Shown: in pieces, positions 11,872-30,600 of the stretch
Numbering within the stretch: the stretch's first letter is position 1
Layout of the letters: each line of letters opens with the position of its first letter
Assembly: GCA_003693705.1 (NCBI GenBank)
Contig: RBZT01000449.1
Coordinates: 1-37,412 of the forward strand
Reading direction: 5' to 3'
DNA: 37,412 nucleotides
Source: Polymyxa betae A26-41
Taxonomy: Eukaryota > Protista > Endomyxa: Phytomyxea
Translations under genes and position numbers: made by a program
The notes under the pieces: model-generated
The model's database searches: none
Told to the model about the DNA's origin: nothing
The model's input: only the letters and a program-made list of their open reading frames with translations

Positions 11872-12399
11872 CGCTTCTACAATATCAGAGGATGCCCAAT
11901 TCCGACGCTCTGTTGAGATTGAGGAGTGCTCAGATTCTATTTATTCATTGTAAATTGTAATATTCCCCAATACAGTTCGTCTCTCAGCTAATGCTCTATT
12001 AGAAACTCATAGCTCAATCAATCGTATTTTTTACAGGATAGCGGCGAATCCACCGGCCCCAGGTAGTTAACAATAAACCCCAAAAATTGGTGTTGCCCGA
12101 ACAGTCGTATTATTGAAATCTCAGAATACAAACCTCCTAACACCTCGTTGCTGGAGCCGGTTTACTTCGGGCTCGACGATCCGCATGTAAGCATTGTTAC
12201 GAATCTAGAAATGACGAAATGGATCGGTGCAGCGAATTCGCTGAAGTCTGTAAGGAGTTCGACGTCTTGAATTGAAATCGTTCAAACGCAACCTGCATGT
12301 TTAGCCATGCATCATATCCAAAGAACGGTACCTATAGGCTGAGATAACCGAGTCGTAGTCGGAATCGAGAGCCGATTACGATTCAAGTTCAGTTAACAA

Positions 12400-12655
12400 T
12401 GATATGCAATACAACAAGGCCATCATCTGAAAATCGGAGTTAGAAAGGGCTTATACAGTGCTTGGTTGACAATCTGCGATGTCGATCAGAGCTGAGAGAA
12501 TCTGTCCAATGCAATACATTACAAGATGTATCGCATTGAAGTGAAGTTACAACAGATAGTTATCCTGCATAGTAATTGTGAAGCCTGCCGAAACTAAATG
12601 AGCTCCATCTTCTGCAAAAGCAACTAGCGAAAAATGTCCATGAAGACGATCTCAT
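12400..12655 (-). pseudogene. WD40-repeat relic
   Basis: Minus strand reads LHGHFSLVAFAEDGAHLVSAG (within 12583-12651), later SDDGLVVLH, surrounded by stop codons. Confidence 0.35.
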
Positions 12656-13462
12656 TCAACTGGGGAACAAAACAGGCTTGTCAGGTTGATAATCAAACTG
12701 AAACAGCAAACTATCGTTTAGTCGGCAATATATCAATGTCGATCAGGAAACCATCTTACACCATTGGGACCGTATTGCTTTATAACGTATCCAACCATGA
12801 GATGTATTAATTGGAGCCCAATTCTGTCGGTTACTGACACGCAGATGCGTTTGAAAAATGTATTTATCAGATCTGAGCAACTTGCTCTCGAGGTTGCATG
12901 ATGTCAGCGGGACGTATAATGGCTTGACGTTCTGAAGTACCTACCGTTAAAAAGCGAGAATAATTCAAAATCATTAAACAAGTTTTGAAGCGTTTTTTCA
13001 GCTCGCCGACGATAGAAAAATGTGTGAGGTGTCGCAATTTAGAGTAGAAGATTGAAGTATTTTTCATAAAGACTAGCAGAATACTTGTCGTCTAACAACC
13101 CATCATTACAAGTTGGCGTTGCAATATTGCTAGAGCCATGCAGGATTCTGCCAGGCCGCTGCCGATGCCATCTGATTCTCTCCGCCCGAGTCCTCCGTTT
13201 TACAAGCAGCAGGTCGCAGCAGCGCTCCGTAATGCTAATCAGCAACTTTGTAAACCTCTCCTATAATCATTTGATGGCAAACCTCCCAGATGTAGCTAAG
13301 CAATGGTTTGCATTTCTCTTCAATGCCTATGTCTAGCCATTCTATCTCGCTAAATGGTGATTTGGTAAACAAAAGGTATAGATTTGATTGAATAGCATTG
13401 CTTTTTGACGATCCTGGCTGCTCTAATACACATTTATCAATAATAAAAACGGATAACTAGAT

Positions 13463-14890
13463 TCAGGCAGTGATATACACCTTCTTCCGGTTGAATATTT
13501 TCAAAGCATTATCGACCTCGATGATTTTGGCGTTAATCATATTCTGCCTATAAACAAATAGCCATCAACAAATGCTTCATCTTGAAAAGCAACAAAACCG
13601 GGACCAATGGCATTAAAGAAACTGAGAAATACACACGAGCATACTTTTCTATCAGCGAAGGCGTTTCGATGGTCAGGGGCATCTTTGCTAGTTCTGCTAT
13701 CAGCTTCTGTTGATTTTCCATTAGAAGCTGAACCGTTTTTTGTCGCTCTTCCTCCGACATCAGCGTCATGCCAGGCGGCAGCTTCTCCTTCTGTTTCTCC
13801 AGCCTCCTGATGTATGCTATTAGAATCGGATTGCAAGAGTGGTCACCCAAAAGCAATCCAGGTTAACAAACAGGTTGCAGAAAAGCAACAGGAAATAATA
13901 GCTACTTCTTCTCCTGTTTCTGTGCAAGTTCGATCTTGCGTTTGTGGATGTAGAGAGGAACACGCCCGAAACCCATCGTTTGGGTGATTGGAACTTCTTC
14001 GACCACTTTCTGAACTGGCGGCTGAGCCTCGATAACAGATTTCATATTTCGTAGAACGAAATTCTTCGTCGCCGAGCTAGCCGATGTCGGCGTCGGCAAC
14101 GGCGATGGCGAGCTCTTCCTAGAGACTTCGCCGATTTGCAAACCTTCAATCTGAAATAATTCGCTTACGTTCATTTTATAGTAGAAACAGAACAAAGTTA
14201 AAAAACTGGAAACAAAGGGTAGAATCTTGCAAGTAAAGCCGATTTTGACAGCTTGCTTATACGTAGAAAGAGCGACATTGCTAAATGAGATGAAGACATA
14301 ATGCAATTGGAGCGAAATGCAAATCAAAGAGTTAAAGTTGCGAAGACGATGAGCTGGAAAAATGATAGCAGCAAAGTAAAAATCAGAATCTTTCGAGAAC
14401 CACAATTTCATTCTATACCTGATGAACAGCCTCGTCGACAGCACCAGAATTTGACTTCGGCGTGAAGTCTCTCGGCGAGGGCTCGCCACTCGCAAGACGT
14501 CTGGAAATTCCAGTTCCCTTCTTCAGGAAATCACGAAACTTCCTTTCCTGCTGAGTTCCAGATGGCTCTCTCAGAGTCGAGCTCATTTTCGACTCAACCG
14601 CAGCGAATTTCTTCATTCGAAATACAGGTTTCTGCTCGGTTTGACGTTCGGCTTTCTCTTTGGCTTTCCTCTGTAATTCCTTGATAAGCTCTCGATTCTG
14701 CTTGGCGTGATTCTTCTCAGAGGCTCTTGATTTCGACCCGCCAGTATAATGCAGTTCTCTACCAGACAAAGCATCAAAGAAATGAGAGTCCTATAATGAC
14801 ACGACCACACCTGAATGGATGATTGGGGTTCAGGTGAAAGGCCACAGCATCGCCACTCATATTCTTCTCGGCATTTCGTCTCGCCTCCAT
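13463..14890 (-). CDS. ENKD1: Enkurin domain-containing protein, about 5 exons
   Basis: KNHAKQNRELIK..FRMKKFAAVESK, KNFVLRN, FGRVPLYIHKRK, LPPGMTLMSEEERQKTV, ..EVDNALKIFNRKKVYI*: the enkurin C-terminal domain. Confidence 0.85.
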
Positions 14891-15226
14891 CGTTCCAGGC
14901 GCGCCTAGCGCCAGGCGGTGCTCTGAAATCGGACTGCGATGTCCACTAATGAAGTGTCACCACGCCGCTGACTCCGTACGACAAACCAAGACACGAAAAG
15001 TTTAGAGAAAACAAACATACAGTTACAGGATAACATGACAAAAATGTCGAGATGATCGACTGAAATTATGGATGGAACTCTGCCAGTGATACACAAATAG
15101 GAACGAAAGCTAATGGCAATATCTCTTGGGGTTATCCGCTTCACAGTCAAAACAGTGGGTTTCTTTTAATTACATCAATCGAAAAAATGTATTTAACTAC
15201 TTCATTGATTCAGCAACATCAAATAT

Positions 15227-15329
15227 TAACATTTTGCTTAGGTGAGATCATTCATAAAAGCTGGATGGATAATAGTCTAACATTTTGCTTAGGTGAGATT
15301 TTTCATGAAAGCTGGATAGATAATAGTCT
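15227..15329 (+). repeat. Direct tandem duplication, 2 x 51 bp
   Basis: TAACATTTTGCTTAGGTGAGAT..CAT.AAAGCTGGAT.GATAATAGTC occurs twice with a few mismatches, just past the CHD stop. Confidence 0.85.
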
Positions 15330-15344
15330 CTTATTTATAACAAA

Positions 15345-21453
<6,109 letters not shown>

Positions 21454-22148
21454 CGATCGTCTGTGACGGGATCGACGTTAAAGACGGCGCCGATTCGTTT
21501 GACGATGTCCAATCTGGAATAAATACCGAATCAAGACACGCACCGTTATTGATGGTATCGATTCGTCCTCTGAAGACAAGTGTCCAATCAAAAGACCGTG
21601 GCTTTAAGAACTGCGAGGGTCGCGCCCGTTGTTAGAACCCACGAATTATGCAACAGGTAACTAACTGGCCAGCCTGCTGCTGTGTTGGTTGCCGGCCGAA
21701 ATCGATGTCATGCACGAGGCAGCACAATTATCCACAGAAAAGAAATTCAGGAATTGTTCAAACGCCGTGCTTGGCAAGTGAACTGATCAATATGAGGTTC
21801 ACGGAAGTGCGGCGCGCCGGCAACCGCGGTACACATTCAGCGGGAGACCAACCTATTGCTTGCAAGCATGCTCGATGCTGTTGACGCTTGCAAAAGCAAA
21901 AGCCAGAACAGCTGATATGAGAAAGTGATAACAAGTTGTTCCTAAGGTTTACTAGTTCGCTCCTTCCAGAACTGAGATATCGACATGGGTCCTTCAGTTA
22001 TTTTGGCTGTTTATACCTTCTAACCCAATACAAAGAGTTGGAAAGTTTATTAGCTAGCACGACCGAGTAGGAGCTCTCACAAAAGGTCGGATCATTATTT
22101 ATATTAATTTCAACTGCGAAGTTAAGCTGAATAACTAAAGGCGGTCCT

Positions 22149-22766
<618 letters not shown>

Positions 22767-22800
22767 CTATCCGTAAAGTACTGCTCTGGGGTCGAGTCGT

Positions 22801-23404
22801 TTCAGCCAGATAATCTGATGAAGCTTTCGTATTTCGGGGTCCCCAGCTGGACCACAAGATCAAATCGGAAGAGAGAATCTGGGCTTGCAATTGTGGTGCG
22901 CTCGATGTACGCTGGAATGATGATCTCAACCTAAATGATGAAGGATAGTTTTGCTGAGACAAGGGCACTTCCCTACCTCGCGAAGAAATTGATGGCTCCT
23001 TGCTATCTGATATGTGTCACCTTCAGAAGGCCAGCCGTTTTTTCTGCATACATGCATGCATTATCTGATTTAGAAGTTTGATGTTTATTCAGAATTCACG
23101 GCCATGACCTTTGCCTGTTGCCACTTTCTTTCGATCTAAGCGCTAATACGGAATGCAGAAGGGTCGCTGATTTGGCAACCACCATTGTCCACGATTAATG
23201 ACTTTGTGTCTCAAATAAAACAGGCATTTCTATTCGTCTTAAACCCCAATCAGTTACGTTACATTACATGATAGAACCCGTGGCTCGACCCGCCCGCAGA
23301 CCAAGCGTCCCATCAACGAGGGCAATCTTGGACACAACTGTGGACTTGCTTTCAGAAGATTGCTGTCGCTTCTTTGTTTGCAAGACACCCGAGTTGTGTC
23401 GCAT
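22801..23404 (-). CDS. Possible small multi-exon hypothetical gene, head-to-head with GCP5
   Basis: Intron-sized GT-AG segments separate open stretches (..KNGWPSEGDTYQIARSHQFLRE|VEIIIPAYIERT..FIRLSG*). The 5' exons could not be joined unambiguously. Confidence 0.3.
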
Positions 23405-23466
23405 TTGATACAGTCGCTGGAAGTTTTCTCATGAGCTATTAGTGCCTATTTTTTGTTTTAGGCGCG

Positions 23467-26400
23467 ATGAAAGATTGGAAGGATGTTAGAAAGCAAGTAG
23501 CTTTATTAGCTGCTCATCTTCAGGTCAGCTTCAGCTTCTTTGACCTAAAATGAATTAAAGTGGTACTCTGTAGAACCATCATGACGACCGTGAAGGTGTT
23601 TCCGAAAAAGTCGTCCAGTATTGCTTGAACTGCTTGAAAAACCACATGTTTCCTTTTACAGACTCCAATCTCGTCATATCTGCTCTTCATGGGTAAAAAA
23701 ATACGTCTTGTTGCTGACCCTCATTAAATGCTTGTAGAATGGTAGAAAAGTTTAGCATTCGCAATGAACCAGAAATAGGAATAGCTTTGAAAGATCGTGT
23801 CGATAACTTCTTTTCATCGTCAAACAGTGTATGTCCCGTTCAATGGCCAATCTATCGTTTAACTTATTCGTTTAGTACTACAAATACGATATTGTCAGAT
23901 TGCTGTTTTGTATGTCAAACTCTCCAAACACTGTCACTTTTGCAGCGACTGGGTTGACACCGTTAATCGCAGTAAAGTCTGAATATATCTATATAAGCAG
24001 CTGCATACCCGAATTTAAATTGCAACAGAGCTCCCGTTCCTGAGCCAGAGCGCATCATTTTCGAGAAAGTGGATTCTGAAGATGAATTCATTCCATCCTA
24101 TTCGTCTACGTCATCTTATGAAAGCGATGAAGAGGACGATAAAGCTATGAAAGCTCTTGATTTCGTCAAATATCAAAAAGCTATTTCCAACAAGATCAAG
24201 GCTCGTCTGGATGCATCTGTCCAATTAGCGGAATCTGCCAAATCGAGAGAGTTCAGTTTCGCAGAAAGCATTGGCATTCTGAAATCGAATGTCATGAAGC
24301 CTGTGGAAGAAGTCCCGCTCGTGTCTGTGTTTTTCGTTGTTCTGTGGTAGTGGTATCTTTGCTGATATTATTTGCAGCGTCCCGCTTGGTGAATACGATG
24401 CACATTCGATTTTATCGCATCGAATCGGTACCCAATTTCCTCCTTTTTGTCCTGGATTTTTTAGGCTTGTTTAGCATTGGCATTGAGTGGAATACCATCT
24501 GACTTGTTTTCACGAAAGGAGGATAAGGTCTAAACTTCTTGAGATCATCCTGTTTTGACTAACTACGTCTCTCTTCAGTTCTCAGTATCGGGTTTCATTC
24601 CAGATTTCAACATTTCTGCTCGAACATTCCGCTCTCTGCTTACGAAAGTGTGCGATCTCGCCAACGATTCGGTCGTGCTGGATAACTTCTGCTCGAGATA
24701 TGCCATGGACCATAAGCAACAATGTCTCCAATCAGCTGGCGTGTTTATCAGGAAGTTACAGCAAGAATCTAGACTGCAGCTCATCACTTTTCTGCAGTCA
24801 AATTCAAACTGTAATGCTTCTCATTTCTACCAACGATTTGCAATCCCAGCTGACATGCTGTCTAGTCAATGTCTTCAAGCTTCCGCAAATAGTTGGAGAG
24901 CACCTTCGCCATGCTTCATACCTGCTACCAATTATCAGCCAGTTTACCGGAGAGCACGGCGGTTCTAGTCAGTTGCCATCGCCATATTGTGTCACCATGC
25001 TGACAAGTATCAACAGTTTCTGAATCGTGCGCCCTATTCCTATCTGAATGTTTCAAAACCATCGAAATCAGCGTTTTGGAGCATGACCTGCAACGAGCTC
25101 GCCCTTTAACCGAACTATTCCAAGCTGCGGTCACTCCATATATTCAATGCTTACATCTGTTATTGGAACATGGATATCTACCAGGTTCTGGCCATGATCT
25201 GTTCATAATCGAGTGAGAAGAGTTTCAGTTTTGGTTTGCATGCTTCTGATCTCGAATCAGATCAAACCTGGAGGGTTCCGGAAATAGAACTTTCCAGCTT
25301 CGAGGAGACTCTTCGGTGCCAGGATTCCTCAAGGACATCGCTTTGCCTATCTTACAGTGCGTTAAGACGCTCCATCAGCTCCGGCTATCCAAAGTAGCTC
25401 ATCGAATTGGTTCCATAGTCTTCTGCTACTCACTTTATACAGGTGCTAACCCAAAACAGCCTTCATCTTCCTACAATCTTTAGTGAAAGATTCAACGAAG
25501 CTTTGAAATGTCAGTTTCCTTGCCCTCATTTCAAAAGAGCTTTTGTTAACTTATCACTAGCTGCCGCTTTTTGCCCTTTCACGGTCGTCGTCCGGGAGAG
25601 CATTATATTACCTGTTTTAGAACGTGTGCAATCTGTAAACCAAGCTGTTGTCAATGAGTTTGTCTCCACCAACCGGCTGTGAGCATTCACGGTTTTGCTC
25701 TCGTTATTCTGCTTACAATCGTGTGCTAGGCGACATTATATTCGGCAAGTTCATGATATTCACTTCATGCTCAAAGGTCATCTGTTCGTCGACTTCGTTG
25801 CCGAGCTATCGCTTCAGAGAGCGAAAAGGTCGATTGAATTAGGGCGACTCTCCCGCTTGCTCCACGACCATCTTCTCGAATATGAGCTTGATGAATCCAT
25901 GAAGTTCATCATGAAGATGAATCCCGCTTCCTTTCCTGAGATTCACTTTCAGGTAACTGTCATTAACGCGCTCCTTTGCTTTTGGTTTGATTTATTTATC
26001 ATGTGTACAGTTTCCGTTTCCATTATCTCTCGTATTTTCAGAACAGAATTTAGCGCGATATAATGCTATATTCTCTCTTCTCATCGAAGTGTCCTGTGCG
26101 AAGACTTCATTGGAAACACTTATGAAGTCTGCGCTCCAGAGACAAGAAAAACAACTGCTTCATGCCAAATGGCAGATTTTACATTTTATCAATACGTTCC
26201 ACAATTATATTCGTAGCCAAATTGCTCGATTTTCTAATGAAGGTTTGTTTCATCAAAGTTGTTAAACCACGTTTTGCTGACCTAGTCTAGAGCTCATTAC
26301 AACATTGGAATCATCCTCTAGCCTAGGTCATCTTGATTTCAACCTTATATATCATTTCGCGTTTTCATTGCGTTTGTAGACGAGCTACTTCTTGCACATG

Positions 26401-26818
26401 ATGCATTTCTTGATGCCTTGCACAGAGATCTTCTACTCAAGGATTCTACGAAAGTTGTTCTAAATCATATTCGGAATATTTTATCTCTCGCAAGCAAACT
26501 GCGAATGCTGGGTAGCAACTCGCAAATGAACTCTGAAATGGTAAAGATTATTCTTAATGTTGGAAAAGCTGTGCCTTGACTATGCTCTTTCCCAGTTGAG
26601 CGCATCGCTATCAAAAATAATGTCGGATTTCTCGTCGTCTAATCGTTTTATCATGGCACTTCTTAATCAAATCAGCATGAAGTCAGACCAAAAGACCGAA
26701 TGTAAAATTGACAGTATTTCTGTGTCTCAATGATCGTCTGACTATTCGCTTTGCAGTTGGATATGTCTTGATGCTACTTAATTATAATTCGTTTTATGAG
26801 TTGTTGGCGTTCTCTTGA
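23467..26818 (+). CDS. TUBGCP5: Gamma-tubulin complex component, GCP5-like (Spc97/98 family), many short introns
   Basis: N-terminal YCLNCLKNHMFPFTD..HG|MVEKFSIR..YDIVRLLFCMSNSP is GCP5-like. GRIP2 motifs VHDIHFMLKG, YNAIFSLL, ILHFINTFHNYI, LAHDAFLDALH; C-terminal LMLLNYNSFY. Confidence 0.8.
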
Positions 26819-27347
26819 AGAATATCCATGTCATTTATTCACTTCGCTGATCTGCTAGCAAGAAAAGAACATGATAGTCTTCGAATTTTGAGCCTATCTA
26901 GTGGACAATTCTCTGTGCCGAAATCAAAATTTCCAGGCAAACTGCATTCAACTGGTCTTCGATATGTACTGGCGTGCAGTGGCAATCAAAAATCTTCGAT
27001 CTTTCTATAATGACAGTTGACAGTTATTATTTCCTTAATAACCCATCTGTATAATATGAAGGAAAATATTTTGTGAAAGCAACGCTTCTCCACAATACTT
27101 TTCAATTCTGTATAATACTTCGGTTATTGCCAAGTAACTGCAAAACCATGCGAGATCTTCGGAAATTCGCTGAAGGCGTAGAGCTCAACGTAAATGGCAA
27201 GAGAATGGAAGTAGAAATCTTGGTGGTAACAACCGAAACTGTTTATTAGAATCAACAAATCTCTGCTCTTATCAAAAATGATTTGCGACCGGACTGACAA
27301 ATCTGGTCGGTTCAGCAATCAAAAGACGTAACAGTTGCAGGACTTGG

Positions 27348-27365
27348 TTAGGGTTTTAGGGTTTT
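27348..27365 (+). repeat. Interstitial telomere-like (telo-box) seed TTAGGGTTTTAGGGTTTT
   Basis: Read directly, about 90 bp upstream of the RABL3 ATG. Confidence 0.6.
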
Positions 27366-27452
27366 CTGTTCACTATCAGACACTACTCTCATAGTGAAGT
27401 GACTATTCTCATATCCATCTATGAGACGGCATCAAGCAAGGTCCCAGGCATA

Positions 27453-28430
27453 ATGATATCGGAAGCTTCGTCGTTGCGCGACGTTCGTATCCTGGTCGTA
27501 GGTCGATGAGCTTAGCCGACCCGTTTGGCGCAGGCTGCTGAGTTCAGTCGTCGTAGGCGATTCCGGTGTGGGCAAGACCGCCTTCCTTAATCGGCTCTGT
27601 TCCTTGAGCGGGTCGTCGGATCCGCTGAAGACGACCTGGACGGTCGGCTGTGCTCTTCATGTTCTTGTAGGGCGCCCATCGAATCTGAATTTGGGTCTGG
27701 TCTCACTCCGAATAGCTCCATCATTATCTAGACGAGAGCTTTATGGCCGAATTCTTCGATGTCGGTGGCGCTAAGCTGCACCGAATCAGTCGATCGCTGT
27801 TTTACAAGCAAATTAATGGTGAGTTTAAGCCCAGCAAACGTTTAGCTTTGGCTGTAAGACAACTATAGGGATTATCCTGGTATTCGATTTGACAAATTCC
27901 AAATCTTTTGCAAATCTTCGTCAATGGATCGAAGAACTTGTCCAATGCCATCTTCAACATCCCATCGATGAATCACAGGTCTTCGAATTCTGATTGATTT
28001 TCCACTCAACTCAATCTCGTCTTAGAATAGGACAATGCCAAGCAGGAACAAATACCAAGCTCCGTCTAAACACGATTTAGGTCGAATTCCTATTCTGATC
28101 GTTGGCTCGAAATTGGATGTCAACGATGGCAGGAAGCCTCGCTATGATGAGATTTATAACACAGTGAAAACAATGGGTATAGACAGCGTGTTTCTCAGCT
28201 CGTCGCCCGACCATTATTTCAACAGCCAGCCGGTTCTCGATTTCGTCGACCAGGTGATCAAGGCGCGTTATTACGCCGACAAAGAGCAATCGGTGGCACC
28301 ATTACATAATCGGCGCACCCAGGATCGTAATCAGATCGTCGTTAATTTCGGTCCGAAAATCGATCCTGCCAACAATGCAACGTTCCCGTTCGGATCGAAG
28401 CCTTCATCGAATCGTTTCGATTTCAGATAA
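27453..28430 (+). CDS. RABL3: Rab-like small GTPase RABL3/LIP1 family, 5 exons
   Basis: VRILVV|GDSGVGKT, WTVGC (RABL3-type G2), FFDVGG, RSLFYKQIN|GIILVFDLTNSKSFANLRQW, PILIVGSKLD. No CAAX tail. Confidence 0.88.
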
Positions 28431-28466
28431 CAGGTTTGGCTTTGTAAAACATTCTGTTATTTATCG

Positions 28467-29510
28467 TCAGCTATTGTACGAGCTAGCATTTTTGTCACTG
28501 AGAACCGGCACTTTATTGGTCTCAATCTCGGGTCGGTTTCTCGTATTCAATTGACCTCAGACAACCAATTGAGGCACATCCGCTTCAGCCGCTTCTCTCT
28601 CCTGCTTGATATTCGAGTGCCGAGCCGTCTCAATTGCGAACTCGTTGCTTTTCGAAGCCAAAGTAGCCACGACTTCATCGAGGTCTAGATTCAGGTTGCG
28701 TGCCTGTTCGGAAACCTCTGCAACCGTCTGGGTCCGCATGGCAATCTCGTTGGCCACATTTCTGATCTTGACCTTGCAATTTCGGATGACATCGTATGCC
28801 TCGATCGATCTGGCATAGAACTTGTCAGCTTCTAGTCTCCTCACCCATGAATATAGGTAATAGAGTCTCGTAGTCCGATCGTGTTGATCTTCTCCAAAGC
28901 GAAGACAATTGCCTTTGACTGTTAGAGCGATGCCCTGTTGAACAATATCGTCATGTTTCTTCAAATAAGCCCTTTCCTTTTTTCTTCCTCGGAATTCATC
29001 TGGATTCGAATTTTTTCTCGCATTGAGAGTGCCTCGTCAGGATTTGGGAAACAATCGACGAATAGCTGGTACACTTCCTTCGCCTCTGCTGATTTCTCGT
29101 GAAGATTTTCGAGCTCCTTTCCCTTTCGTTGAGTTTCGAATCTTGCTGAACCGCGATTCGCAGCTTAAATAGGAGATCGGTCATGTCAGATCGCCTGTTC
29201 TCCAGCGTTTCGATTGCAAGAATGTGATCGTTCAGTAGGCGTTCCAAATTTCTTCCTCCTGTTCTAGACGCTCCAGCCGCTGCTTAGCGACGTCAAACTG
29301 GCTGATCGAGATGCCGTTCGGCACCAAACACGGGTCGTGTGACGCCAACTTGATATCATCGGCTTTCTGGCCCAAGCAACTAATAGTTGACTTCGCTTCA
29401 CTCGACATACAGAATACGATCGTCCTGGAAATCGGTGTCGAACACCTCCTTGTACAGCTTCTGTAGATCAGCGGCGAACGCGCTGTAATAGTTTGGGTCA
29501 TCATAATCCT
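28467..29510 (-). pseudogene. Disrupted coiled-coil gene (three -1 frameshifts plus in-frame TGA), or an uncorrected assembly
   Basis: A continuous helical protein appears only by shifting -1 near 29250, 29120 and 28980. The frame also stays open for about 30 codons past the TGA at 28557. Confidence 0.55.
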
Positions 29511-29535
29511 GTCAATTCGAGAACATCTATCTAGG

Positions 29536-30124
29536 CAAGATCTCGAACAGCATAGTTAAGCTAAGCAAGCTACGAGACAGCGTTCGAGCGTTGAAGGTTC
29601 TCATCATCGAATGCCAGAACATGATCTATGATTTGCAAGATCGGCGCAAACGCAACGCCGCTTTCAAAAAGGTCTGCATTGCAATCCAGGTCGCTGTGTT
29701 TGCCTTGGGCAAGGTCAAACTGATCGCCGCCGCGTCTTGCGAAACGGCGGCGGCTGCGGTGAACTGGATCGCAAGTCAGTTAGGCAGCCATTTCAGTGAG
29801 GAGAACAAGGCTATGAAGGTGGAGCAGTCTGTGATGAAAAGCGGCATCGACGCCTCCCAACAATGGGTCGCTTTTTTCTCGTCGCAAGTCGCTAATGAGG
29901 AAAACAACCTGAGACGGATCCAGTATGAGCTCGATGACCTGGAGAAGCGCCTGCCGGAGCTCCAAGGAAGACCGAATGCTCAAGCTGCTGCAGGAACAGA
30001 CACAATTGCAAAGCGAGGAGCGCTTCCTGTCGAACGCCGACCTGCTGGAGCCACTTCGGCTGTCGTCGTTGGAGGACCTCTTGATCTAAGAAACGGCTTC
30101 GTCCCTGCTTATGATACATTCTAA
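29536..30124 (+). CDS. Hypothetical coiled-coil protein (first ATG 29621; frame open from about 29536)
   Basis: 177-aa ORF with heptad segment VANEENNLRRIQYELDDLEKRLPEL. No family recognised; 5' end uncertain. Confidence 0.5.
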
Positions 30125-30174
30125 AGCTTGGCCGTTAGATTTGAACATCGAGTTTGATCGTATTTAAAGGTCGT

Positions 30175-30537
30175 TTACAGATGTGACGGTAGCCATTGCA
30201 AAGGCGCTCTCAGGTGCAGCTCGAGGGCGATCCATTCGTCGAGCAGGTCGACAATCTCATCGCTGCTATGCAGGGCGGCGGTCTCGAGTACAGCTGTGGC
30301 CTGGCGTGCCGCCTCGTTCAGGTTGTCGCTAGCAGATAGGCTGTCCTCGAACGCGGCCAAAGCTTCGTTTTCAGCTTGACAACGGTTTGCCATCATCTCA
30401 GATCGGGCTTTATGAAGCCTTTTCAACGACGCTTCTCGAATCGCTCGCGATCTCTGCAAGATCCTGATCATACGACGCTCGCCTATCGACGACATTTCGG
30501 AAGTTATTGTCCGATTTGTCGGGCTGCATTCGGTCAT
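30175..30537 (-). CDS. Hypothetical 120-aa helical protein
   Basis: ATG-initiated intronless ORF, Ala/Glu/Leu-rich, 63 bp downstream of the RNase T2 stop and in the same frame. Confidence 0.5.
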   Translation of the reverse strand: MTECSPTNRTITSEMSSIGERRMIRILQRSRAIREASLKRLHKARSEMMANRCQAENEALAAFEDSLSASDNLNEAARQATAVLETAALHSSDEIVDLLDEWIALELHLRAPLQWLPSHL

Positions 30538-30600
30538 AAACTACCTGTTGAAAACGAACGTGAAAGTTTCACACAAATGCAGACTTTATAACCAGTAACA

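Noticed and set aside
28555-28560. In-frame TGA as selenocysteine or an alternative genetic code
   Set aside because: Conserved genes here use TGA (ENKD1, GCP5) and TAA (ATG8, TRIAP1, RABL3) as normal stops. There is no redox motif or SECIS evidence, and the gene is otherwise disrupted.
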